A stretch of DNA of 63,545 nucleotides, filler included. It is 6 parts of 6 records of this genome, joined end to end, with 100 filler letters (N's around TTAATTAATTAA, not from the genome) between each part and the next. Parts side by side here need not be neighbours in the genome. Positions count along the whole stretch, not along the records: positions 1 to 21,989 come from SRR31156797_10057; 5 more parts are not named here. One strand, written 5' to 3'. Positions 9,212 through 17,360 of this stretch are shown here, one piece after another (position 1 is the stretch's first letter; each line of letters starts with the position of its first letter). The notes below the pieces were generated by a model. That model had not been told where the DNA came from, ran no database searches, and was given only the letters and a program-made list of their open reading frames with translations. A program made the translations under genes and the position numbers.

Positions 9212-11311
9212 TTAATCGGCTCGCTGCTGGCTTTTACGACCACGGATTCCCGCGTATCCAAGAATGCCGATGGTACTAACGTTGTGGAGCAAAGCAGAGG
9301 TGACGGGTGCAATCAATCCCAGAGAGGCCAGGAGCAAAAAGGACGAATTCAGCCCGACAGCAGCAACAAAAGAATGCCTGATGGTCTGACGACTCCTTTG
9401 AGCAACAAGGCGACCATTCAAGAGACACTGCAGATCATCGCGCAATAAGATAACCTGGGCTGACTCCTTGGCAAGATCAGCACCTTCAGGAAGACAGATC
9501 CCAACATCAGCAGATACAAGGGCTGGAGCATCGTTGACCCCATCGCCAACAAAACCGAGCATGTGTCCTGCCTCCTGCAGTTCTTTGACGATACGGGCCT
9601 TATCCTCGGGCTTCAGTTCCCAGTGCACCTCATCTACTGCCGACAACTTGGCGGCAAGAGCCCTGGTGGTAAGCTCGGCATCCCCGGTGAGAATAACAAT
9701 CCGCTCAATTCCAGAGTCCTTCAACCCGGTCAGGACAGCCTCTGCCTCTGGCCGTAACTCATCGCGCAGCCCTATAACACCGGCTAACTTTTCTTTACAG
9801 GCGACATAAAGGACACTCTTCCCCTGCTCCTGTAGCTCGGATACGGCGGCATCCACCCCGTCACATTTAATGCCCTCATCATCTTCGATAAAATGACGAC
9901 TGCCTACCAGTACGTTTTTACCGTTAATATAAGCAGACACTCCGTGGGCCACAATAAAATCGACCTGGCTCGTTGGCGCCAGCTCAAGGCCTCTCTCATG
10001 TGCAGCGCTGACCACTGCCGATGCGACAGGATGTGAGTAATGTTCCTCCGCACTTGCGGCAAGCATCAAAAGTCTCTCCCCGTCATAGCCGTTAACACCG
10101 TGGATATCGGTCACTTCAAGCTGCCCCTTGGTAAGGGTACCGGTTTTATCAAAAACCAGGGTGTCGACCCGGGCAAGACCATCCAGAGCCTGAGAACCTT
10201 TCAACAACACACCTTGGCCGGCAGCGGCATACATCGCTACCCGAACAGCAACTGGATTAGCCAGTTTAATGGCGCAGGAATAGTCAACCGTTAAAACAGC
10301 AGCAGCCTTGTCAAGATCACGGGTGAGAGCAAGTAAACCAAGACCAAGGCCAAAGGTTACCGGTACCAGTTTATCTGCAAGCTCTTCACTTTCCTTTTGT
10401 GATTTAGACTCGTAGCGCAGGGAATTTTCCAGGAAACTGGAAATACGGGCCATAGAAGTCTCAGCACCGACCCGCAATGCCTCAAATACAATGCGCCCAT
10501 CCTCAACAACCGATCCGGAAAGCACTTCCTGCCCAGGTTCTGCATGGACAGGCACAGATTCGCCGGTTATAGAACTTGTATTGATCGATGCCTCTCCCTC
10601 TACAACAATGCCGTCAAGAGGGATCAATTCGCCAGGCCCACATATAACCTGGTCGCCAATGGATGCATCCGCAAGAGGAACCTCCAACTCCTGACCGTCC
10701 ACCTGAATCCAGATCATTTCCACCTGTGGTTTAAGCAGGCTTTTGAGTAGACCAGTGGTCCGATTCTCGCTAGCCTCTTCCAGGTATTCGCCAACACCAA
10801 GGAGAAAAACTATGGACGCAGCTGTAAAAAAATCGCCTCGCACCAAGCAGAAAAGGACAGCTGACCCATCAAGGACCTCTACCTTTATCCCTCTGGTCCA
10901 CAAGGTGGTCACTCCTTCAATGACCACAGAGGCACAAAAGGCTACGGCAAGCGGAGCAGCAACAAGAGGCGGCAGCACCAACAGGGAGAGGGCTATGCTC
11001 CCTTTTGCCACAAGACTCAGCACGGAATGGAATGTTTTTACCTGCCCGTTCCCGTTAAGGATATCTGTTGGGAGGTCAACCAGACAGGTAATAAGCGCAT
11101 CACGGGTACGGGTAAGCCCATCGTATTCCGCAGCAACCGACGCAGCACGTGTATTGACACGTACAGCAGACACCCCAGGTATATTTTCCATGATCGCTTC
11201 CAGATAGAAAGGATCAAGTTCCGGTCTTTTTATGACCCGGCTGCGCAGACGAATACGCTGTTCAAGCTCATGAACGATAGTCACAGAGAACCGGCGCTGT
11301 GTCGCTATCAT
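9212..11311 (-). CDS. fezB: P1B-6-type ATPase, ferrosome FezB-like
   Basis: N-terminal HELEQRIRLR, ITGES, TM4 DYSCAIKL (10271-10285), DKTGT, GDGVNDAP, TM6 LHNVST. Confidence 0.85.
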   Translation of the reverse strand: MIATQRRFSVTIVHELEQRIRLRSRVIKRPELDPFYLEAIMENIPGVSAVRVNTRAASVAAEYDGLTRTRDALITCLVDLPTDILNGNGQVKTFHSVLSLVAKGSIALSLLVLPPLVAAPLAVAFCASVVIEGVTTLWTRGIKVEVLDGSAVLFCLVRGDFFTAASIVFLLGVGEYLEEASENRTTGLLKSLLKPQVEMIWIQVDGQELEVPLADASIGDQVICGPGELIPLDGIVVEGEASINTSSITGESVPVHAEPGQEVLSGSVVEDGRIVFEALRVGAETSMARISSFLENSLRYESKSQKESEELADKLVPVTFGLGLGLLALTRDLDKAAAVLTVDYSCAIKLANPVAVRVAMYAAAGQGVLLKGSQALDGLARVDTLVFDKTGTLTKGQLEVTDIHGVNGYDGERLLMLAASAEEHYSHPVASAVVSAAHERGLELAPTSQVDFIVAHGVSAYINGKNVLVGSRHFIEDDEGIKCDGVDAAVSELQEQGKSVLYVACKEKLAGVIGLRDELRPEAEAVLTGLKDSGIERIVILTGDAELTTRALAAKLSAVDEVHWELKPEDKARIVKELQEAGHMLGFVGDGVNDAPALVSADVGICLPEGADLAKESAQVILLRDDLQCLLNGRLVAQRSRQTIRHSFVAAVGLNSSFLLLASLGLIAPVTSALLHNVSTIGILGYAGIRGRKSQQRAD

Positions 11312-11682
11312 CCTTCCTGATCCCCGATCTCGCAGAGTTCTTTTTTGCTCTTCTTCATCCCGGTGTCAATCATGTAGGCGGCTGCAGCAAGTACACCGGA
11401 AGCTACCAGCACCTGGGTGGTTGTAGTTCGTGGAAGACGGGAAAGAATAAGTGAGGCAGCTGCGCCCTTGGCAACCCCGTTTATCACGGCCTGCGGCAGA
11501 CTCATTGAGCCGTTTCTGACATCAACAATATTAGATCCGATAGAAGCCGCGCTTGCTACAGTAAGAGTGGCAGCAATTGCACCCACAGAAGCAACCGATG
11601 GCGCTGCTACAACTGGCTGTTGCAAAAGCTGTGTTGGATAGGCCACCTGTCCAATGTTGGTTTGTGATTCTCCATACAACAT
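11308..11682 (-). CDS. MamC-like Gly/Ala-rich membrane protein (fez cluster)
   Basis: IGSNIVDVRNGSMSLPQAVINGVAKGAAA; GAGGAGG RBS; ATGA overlap with fezB. Confidence 0.75.
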   Translation of the reverse strand: MLYGESQTNIGQVAYPTQLLQQPVVAAPSVASVGAIAATLTVASAASIGSNIVDVRNGSMSLPQAVINGVAKGAAASLILSRLPRTTTTQVLVASGVLAAAAYMIDTGMKKSKKELCEIGDQEG

Positions 11683-11701
11683 ATGAACCTCCTCGCCTCC
11701 T

Positions 11702-12172
11702 TTAATCCTCTAGTTTCTCTAGGTATTCCTGAAAGCAATGCATACCTTTGGTCCCACAAACTTCATGGCTCCCTTTTTCTTTCAGGTAACGGGTGTAAAG
11801 AACCATACGCTTGATTATGTTACCAGAAGCAACATGCTCCATTTTACAAGCGCCCTCATCAGCAACACTCGGGGCAACCCCGAGCACCTCAACAAAAAAA
11901 TCACGCAAGGTTTCATGCCGATACAATATATCTTCGGCAACCTCCTTGCCTTTGGCAGTAAGCCTGATGGGTTCATAGGGGGTGTAGTTCACCATGCCGC
12001 GCTCGTTCAACTGCTGCAGGGCCTCGGTTACCGAGGGACCAGAGACATCCAAACGCTCCATTATGCTTTTGGATCGAGCTTCCCCACTATCCTTACTGAC
12101 CACAAGAATGGCTTCAAGGTAATCCTCAAGGCTTGCACTCAGATTTTTCCCTTTTCCATTTGCTCCAGCCAT
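11702..12172 (-). CDS. DtxR/MntR-family metal-dependent repressor
   Basis: SLEDYLEAI, VSGPSVT, LTAKG, RHETLRDF, EGACKMEH. Confidence 0.92.
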   Translation of the reverse strand: MAGANGKGKNLSASLEDYLEAILVVSKDSGEARSKSIMERLDVSGPSVTEALQQLNERGMVNYTPYEPIRLTAKGKEVAEDILYRHETLRDFFVEVLGVAPSVADEGACKMEHVASGNIIKRMVLYTRYLKEKGSHEVCGTKGMHCFQEYLEKLED

Positions 12173-12338
12173 TTTTATTCTCGTCTATTTGATAATCACC
12201 TGACGCATTTTGTCAGCCTAAGTTCTTTATGCTTCTGACATGACAAAGAAAATCTCTCCTTCTTCTTAATGTCATCAGACATAGCGTTCTTTACCTTTTT
12301 CAACCGGTCAAAACATCCTGCAAAAAAAATGAGCCTCG

Positions 12339-12367
12339 AAATTAGCCAACCCTAATTTCAAAGTCAA
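12339..12367 (-). promoter_or_regulatory. Promoter with overlapping DtxR-type palindromic operator
   Basis: Minus strand TTGACT-17-TAATTT; palindrome AAATTAG-N6-CTAATTT at 12339-12358 covers the spacer and -10. Confidence 0.65.
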
Positions 12368-12526
12368 GAACTATTTTAGCCTTGTCAAAGTTTATGCACC
12401 TGGCCACACATATTTAAGACGCCAACTACAATTACGCACACCAAAACTTATTAAGCCAGACCTGGCAAACCCGAACCTGCTGACATATTTTTTTGAAAAT
12501 CGAACCGCCATTGAGGCCGAAAAACC

Positions 12527-13027
12527 TTATTCCTTTAGCCTATTTTCAGAATTACACGTATTGCGGGAACAACTCATCTCCGAGCATCCTTCTTTACAAT
12601 AATAACCAAAACCTGATTCCCAGCTTATCCCTCCTTTTGGACAAGTTTCTACATATTCAGAATACTTTACCAGGCGATCTACAATAGTCTTAGGTACAGA
12701 GTGTTCCATTTTACAGGCTGCCTTGTCGGCGAGATCCGAATCCACACCCAATACATTGACCATAAATCGCTCAAGAGCCCTATGCCTGCGAACTATCTCC
12801 TTGGCAACGTGGACCCCTGTTTTTGTAAGAGTTATCAGATCATAAGGAGCATAATTAACCAGTCCCATTTTGCTCAGTGTCCTAAGCGCAATAGTGACAG
12901 AAGAAGCACGCACTCCAAGTTGCTGGGCGATATCCTTTGCCCGTGCAGCTACCTTCTCCTCGACGATAGTGTAAATTGCCTCTAGATAATCTTCCTGACT
13001 TGCTGTGAGCTGTTGATTGTTTTCCAT
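12527..13027 (-). CDS. DtxR/MntR-family repressor with Cys-rich C-terminus
   Basis: SQEDYLEAI, RASSVT, RRHRAL, AACKMEH; tail CPKGG..YCKEGCSEMSCSRNTC. Confidence 0.92.
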   Translation of the reverse strand: MENNQQLTASQEDYLEAIYTIVEEKVAARAKDIAQQLGVRASSVTIALRTLSKMGLVNYAPYDLITLTKTGVHVAKEIVRRHRALERFMVNVLGVDSDLADKAACKMEHSVPKTIVDRLVKYSEYVETCPKGGISWESGFGYYCKEGCSEMSCSRNTCNSENRLKE

Positions 13028-13270
13028 AAACCTTTTCCCTAAGATATTTAACCTACCTCCTTCTAAAAAAATTACGATGCAGGTAAAAAGTCAACTATAA
13101 TATTTCCAGCAAATAGACCACTCTTGCTAAGCTACAGATATTTCGTATTAATTAAACCATAATACTTTCCTCAATAAAAAAAAAAGATGCATTCAACCAA
13201 CGGAACTCGACCCAAAAGTGAAATCTCAACCAAAAAAATGAACTTTTTAAGGGGGCTTTAACTTTTACAC

Positions 13271-13368
13271 TTGCAACTTTATTAGAAACATCTTACTTTC
13301 ATCATTGATCGATTGATCCTCCTTAGAAAATGGTCCCTGCTGCATCCCACACAGCAGGGGCCATCTTT
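13271..13368 (+). ncRNA. Candidate small RNA (promoter, anti-SD motif, terminator)
   Basis: TTGCAA-17-TACTTT, then GATCCTCCTTAG, then a 13-bp hairpin at 13330-13364 followed by CTTT; no ORF on this strand. Confidence 0.45.
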
Positions 13369-13781
13369 ACCGGCCAAAGTCCCTCCCCTCCCCTTCTTTT
13401 GAGCGCCATCCACGGATACACTCTCGTCAAACAACACCATGTAAAAATACAAAAAAAATAAGTATCCCCAGAGAAAAAGGAAAATTTGACTTTTGAGTCA
13501 AGGCAGTCCGTTATAGTAAAAGAATACGTCGGACTCTAGAGGCTTATTATCCAGATTTTTGAAATAAGAGGAGTTGTACAGAGTTAAAAAAAGGGGGCGA
13601 ACTCGTTTAAATGAAATAACCGGGAAACCATTTCGACTGTCCTCTATTGAGGGGTGAAGAAAACAATTACGTGGGACAGCTTGTTACTTTATCCTAACTG
13701 TTCAAACTGCCCTGAGCGGGGTATCAGCAGAAAAGTTATAAATCAAGTTTTTGATACTTACTAAAGGGTTACAACGTATCT

Positions 13782-14132
13782 TTATATATTTAGTTTAGAA
13801 GCAATTTCAGGATGAACAAAAGAGGCAACCGTAACTGCAACATTCTTCTGGTCACATATGGACGATGAATCAAGGGGCTGCGCGAACGCTCTACTCGTCT
13901 CTGTAACAGCATTTTTTCCCTTGCAGCACGTAGACTGACATGTATTTTGTTGGCGGCACCTGGTAAGGCCAATACATAACCAGCAAAGTACATTATATAA
14001 CTTTTCCTGCTCATCTGTGGAAAGTTTTTTGTAGCTGAGCAAGTCATCAAGAAATGGAGCCTGACGGCACCCTTCTCCCCTTGCAATTGCTTGACCACAA
14101 GATATATTCTGCTTCATCTTCTTTCTTTCCAT
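13782..14132 (-). CDS. Hypothetical Cys-rich protein
   Basis: 116-aa ORF with a possible AAAGG RBS; no family recognised. Confidence 0.35.
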   Translation of the reverse strand: MERKKMKQNISCGQAIARGEGCRQAPFLDDLLSYKKLSTDEQEKLYNVLCWLCIGLTRCRQQNTCQSTCCKGKNAVTETSRAFAQPLDSSSICDQKNVAVTVASFVHPEIASKLNI

Positions 14133-14427
14133 CGCAACGCCTTTCTAATCATTTTTACATTACCAAGCCTGTTAGTCGAACATACTCGCCTAAAGACAAA
14201 CAACACTGCAAACATTACAGATTGAACTCTCAGTATCTACCAATAAGTATGAAAACAATAGAGGTAAAACTCTGTGAGATCGTACTATGGGTCATAAGAT
14301 ACGCTAGCAAACAATCGAACGCAACCTTTTTATTAGCCTGCCCAATAAATATTCATACTGACTAACAAAATAAGAGAACGGTAAGGAGGCCGATACACTA
14401 TCCCTTACTGACTTTCGTCATGATTGT

Positions 14428-15282
14428 TTAGCTTCTTAAAGCAAAGGCAAGGATACTCTTTGAGAAAAAAAGGAATATCAATCCAGCTGCAGAGAGGAAA
14501 GGTCCAAACGGGACTTGCGATCCAATTTCCCGCTTTCCAAAAACATGAAAAAGGATACCTGTTGCTGAGCCTATCGTAGAGCTAAAAAAAACCAAAAAAG
14601 GTAATGCCTGCCAGCCGAGAAAGGCACCCATCATAGCAAGCAATTTGATATCTCCACCGCCCAATCCGGTTTTTTTCCGCAGTGTGGAGTACGTCCAGGC
14701 CACAAGATAGAATATGCCTCCACCAACAAAGACCCCCATAAGGGAATCGAGCCATTTCACATCTGGATTGAAGAAAGAAAAAAGGAAACCGAAAATAATG
14801 CCTGGAAGAGTGATAACGTCAGGGATGATCTGGTGTTGAAAATCTATAAAAACGATAACAATAAGCGCTGTTACAAAATAGAAATAACCTGCGGTTGTCA
14901 GGGTCATGCCGAATGCATAGACAAGAGCAGCTGTAAAAAGGGCTGTAAGCAATTCCACCACAGGGTACTGCATCGATATAGAGTTTTCACAATGGCGGCA
15001 CTTACCAAGTTGGACGGTGTAACTCAAAACGGGTATATTTTCATACCACGACAGCATGTTTTGGCACTTTGGGCAATGTGACGCCGGAAAAACAATGGAA
15101 GCACCCTGTTTGGGAAGACGATAAATAACAACATTGAGAAAGCTGCCGACGGTGCCCCCAAAAAGTGCTGCGTACAGGATATAAAACAAATCGTTATTTA
15201 CGTGCAAAACAATAACCACATCCGTCATACGGAATGACTGCTGCATCTCTAGGCCAAGAGGTGAATCGCCAGGGTACAACAA
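14428..15282 (-). CDS. pilD: Prepilin peptidase/N-methyltransferase (A24); true start probably further downstream
   Basis: GSFLNVVIYRLP, SHCPKC, NIPVLSY, GKCRHC, FIDFQHQIIPD, GGGDIKL, PFGPFL. Confidence 0.93.
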   Translation of the reverse strand: MLYPGDSPLGLEMQQSFRMTDVVIVLHVNNDLFYILYAALFGGTVGSFLNVVIYRLPKQGASIVFPASHCPKCQNMLSWYENIPVLSYTVQLGKCRHCENSISMQYPVVELLTALFTAALVYAFGMTLTTAGYFYFVTALIVIVFIDFQHQIIPDVITLPGIIFGFLFSFFNPDVKWLDSLMGVFVGGGIFYLVAWTYSTLRKKTGLGGGDIKLLAMMGAFLGWQALPFLVFFSSTIGSATGILFHVFGKREIGSQVPFGPFLSAAGLIFLFFSKSILAFALRS

Positions 15283-15369
15283 GAGACCTCGTCACAAGTG
15301 ATGCCCAATCGTCTTCTGGAACAGCCTCAGGCATTCTATTTTCCCCCAACAACCTACACATGTTTACTC

Positions 15370-16017
15370 CTACCAGCCGGCATCAGTTACCTTTTCAGCA
15401 ATGGTCAAAAACACTTCATTCCCCTGCCCAAGCTGGCAAGACTGCCTGACAATAAAATTGTTACCTATTAACAGTCTCTTTGCATACTCACAATTCCTTA
15501 ACTGACATTTTTTTCTATAGGCGTCGTCCTTGGTACAATTCTGCAGGGCAGGTTGCGTCACCTCCTGAGTTTTACTGGCAACGCTCAAGGAAGAGAGCAG
15601 AACCAAACGACCTTCACAATCAAGAATCCTCCGTGCCTCTTCAACAACGTCTGCTGGACGAGGGACAACTTCAAGCAACTCCCCAATAAATACTGTATCA
15701 AAGCTTCTGTCAGGATAATGGGTACCGCAACAATCGACATGCTCAACAATAATGTTGCTGCAAGATGTAAGCGCCATTTTTGCAATAGCCACCATTTCTG
15801 CACACATATCAGAGGCAATCATTTTTTCAGCGGCTTGCCCGAGCACCTCACTGTAACACCCTTTCCCACAACCGAGTTGGAGCAGAACCCCAAGATTTTC
15901 AAGACGACAACGCAACTCCTGATTAACTACGCTCACAGTTGGTACATAAATATTATTGTCCTTCTCTTGACCATTACGCTGGCTAACAGGAGAACAGTTT
16001 ATAGTTTCAGTCAACAT
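15370..16017 (-). CDS. Class I SAM-dependent methyltransferase
   Basis: LQLGCGKG, SDMCAEMV, YPDRSFDTV, ARRILDCEGRL; AGGAG RBS before the ATG at 16017. Confidence 0.8.
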   Translation of the reverse strand: MLTETINCSPVSQRNGQEKDNNIYVPTVSVVNQELRCRLENLGVLLQLGCGKGCYSEVLGQAAEKMIASDMCAEMVAIAKMALTSCSNIIVEHVDCCGTHYPDRSFDTVFIGELLEVVPRPADVVEEARRILDCEGRLVLLSSLSVASKTQEVTQPALQNCTKDDAYRKKCQLRNCEYAKRLLIGNNFIVRQSCQLGQGNEVFLTIAEKVTDAGW

Positions 16018-16105
16018 AAATACTCCTGACCAGGGGTCTATATACGACAAATAGATGCGAGTTGTCTCGGTTCTGCCAGAACCCACACTTGCAGATAAAA
16101 AATGA

Positions 16106-16669
16106 CTATTCCAGCGGCAAGAGTTGCTCGACACGCAGTTTTATCACCCGCATACCCTTTGTTTGTTGTTGCTTGTGTGTGACTAACGAAAGATGCTTGA
16201 GTTTTAACCTTGCCCCAAATGTTTCTCCGGTTGAACATTTTTTACCATACACAGACAGCATCGCGACACCGGTACGATTAAGGTTCTCCCTGGTCTGTCC
16301 GGGAGGTGATGCAAACCTGATAACATCTTCGGACTCAAAGACTGGATGAATAACAGCGACATACGGTGTGGCATCTCTATTGGTTGTAGCAATCATGGAC
16401 ACCATCTTGCTCTCATTCATCAAATCAAGCAATGCGGTTATGGAATCAACTGAAACGGGAAGAGTGAATTCTGGCTTGGAAGCACCACTTACGCCATCAA
16501 CCGGGACAGAGGCACCACTGACAGCATCAACGCCGGCTGCTTTAGCGGCATTACCGGCGGGGCAATAGACAGAAATGAAAACAAACAGCACCGTAACAAA
16601 AAATATTGCCCCCCTCCCCAGCTTTAAAGATAATGAAGCGACAAAAGGCTCTTCTGCATCTAAAATCAA
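16106..16669 (-). CDS. Exported PNPOx-like (split-barrel) protein with two DxxSGAS flavinylation-type motifs
   Basis: Hydrophobic N-terminus, DAVSGAS and DGVSGAS, then IATTNRDATPYVA...QTRENLNRTG. Confidence 0.7.
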   Translation of the reverse strand: MILDAEEPFVASLSLKLGRGAIFFVTVLFVFISVYCPAGNAAKAAGVDAVSGASVPVDGVSGASKPEFTLPVSVDSITALLDLMNESKMVSMIATTNRDATPYVAVIHPVFESEDVIRFASPPGQTRENLNRTGVAMLSVYGKKCSTGETFGARLKLKHLSLVTHKQQQTKGMRVIKLRVEQLLPLE

Positions 16670-16695
16670 GATATTGTCCGGGTCAAAAAGGAAAA

Positions 16696-17229
16696 TTAAC
16701 CGTCATTACGAACGCATCGCACAAGGAATTTTTGCTCTGCATCATATGCACTGTTGTCGCCCACAAAAAAACCTACCGTCATATAATGCCCCGCATCCCC
16801 CCCATGGGGTGTGACTGTCCAGTAGTTACCTTCTTCACATGCAAACACACCGTTAATAATATTCTGACTTCGCCCATAATCGGCGATCCCCATCAATTCG
16901 TCATGATCTGGTATTCGCCAATCAGAAAATCCGGCTAATCCCAGTGATTCACAATAATTTTCACCCTCCGGATACGTTCCCACTTGAGCTTCTTCAACAT
17001 TTTCCCACCGGAGATTTGTCCTCAAGTCTGTGACCGACTGATCACCATTGTCACGGTAAACAGCATCCCCGGCAGCAGCAGACGTCGGACAAGATACCGT
17101 CTCGCCATAGTCATTATAGCAAACCGGTGTGCTGGCCGCAGGTCCACTCTCCGCGTAAGCAGGGCAACCAGCAACAAGTACAATCACAAGAGTAAACGTT
17201 GGACAGAGGTAACTCTTTTTAGGCTTCAT
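16696..17229 (-). CDS. Secreted DUF1566 (Lcl C-terminal) domain protein
   Basis: Signal peptide; DNGDQSVTDLRTNLRW, YCESLGLAGFSDWRIP, YWT, VRCVR; AAAGGAG RBS before 17229. Confidence 0.85.
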   Translation of the reverse strand: MKPKKSYLCPTFTLVIVLVAGCPAYAESGPAASTPVCYNDYGETVSCPTSAAAGDAVYRDNGDQSVTDLRTNLRWENVEEAQVGTYPEGENYCESLGLAGFSDWRIPDHDELMGIADYGRSQNIINGVFACEEGNYWTVTPHGGDAGHYMTVGFFVGDNSAYDAEQKFLVRCVRNDG

Positions 17230-17360
17230 GTTGCTCCTTTGATAAGTGATTATTGCGAAAACCACCGACAGGTAAAATCAGTTCGAAAAGCGGCCGCAAC
17301 ACAACACCATACCAAGGAGAATCCTCCAGGGTATGGCGTTTGCGGTTCTCAATGTAGAAA

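Noticed and set aside
497-11682. Magnetosome island (MamC-like and Mms6-like small proteins, FeoA)
   Set aside because: No mamA/B/E/K/M/O/P/Q core genes; the DYSCA P1B-6 ATPase points to ferrosomes.
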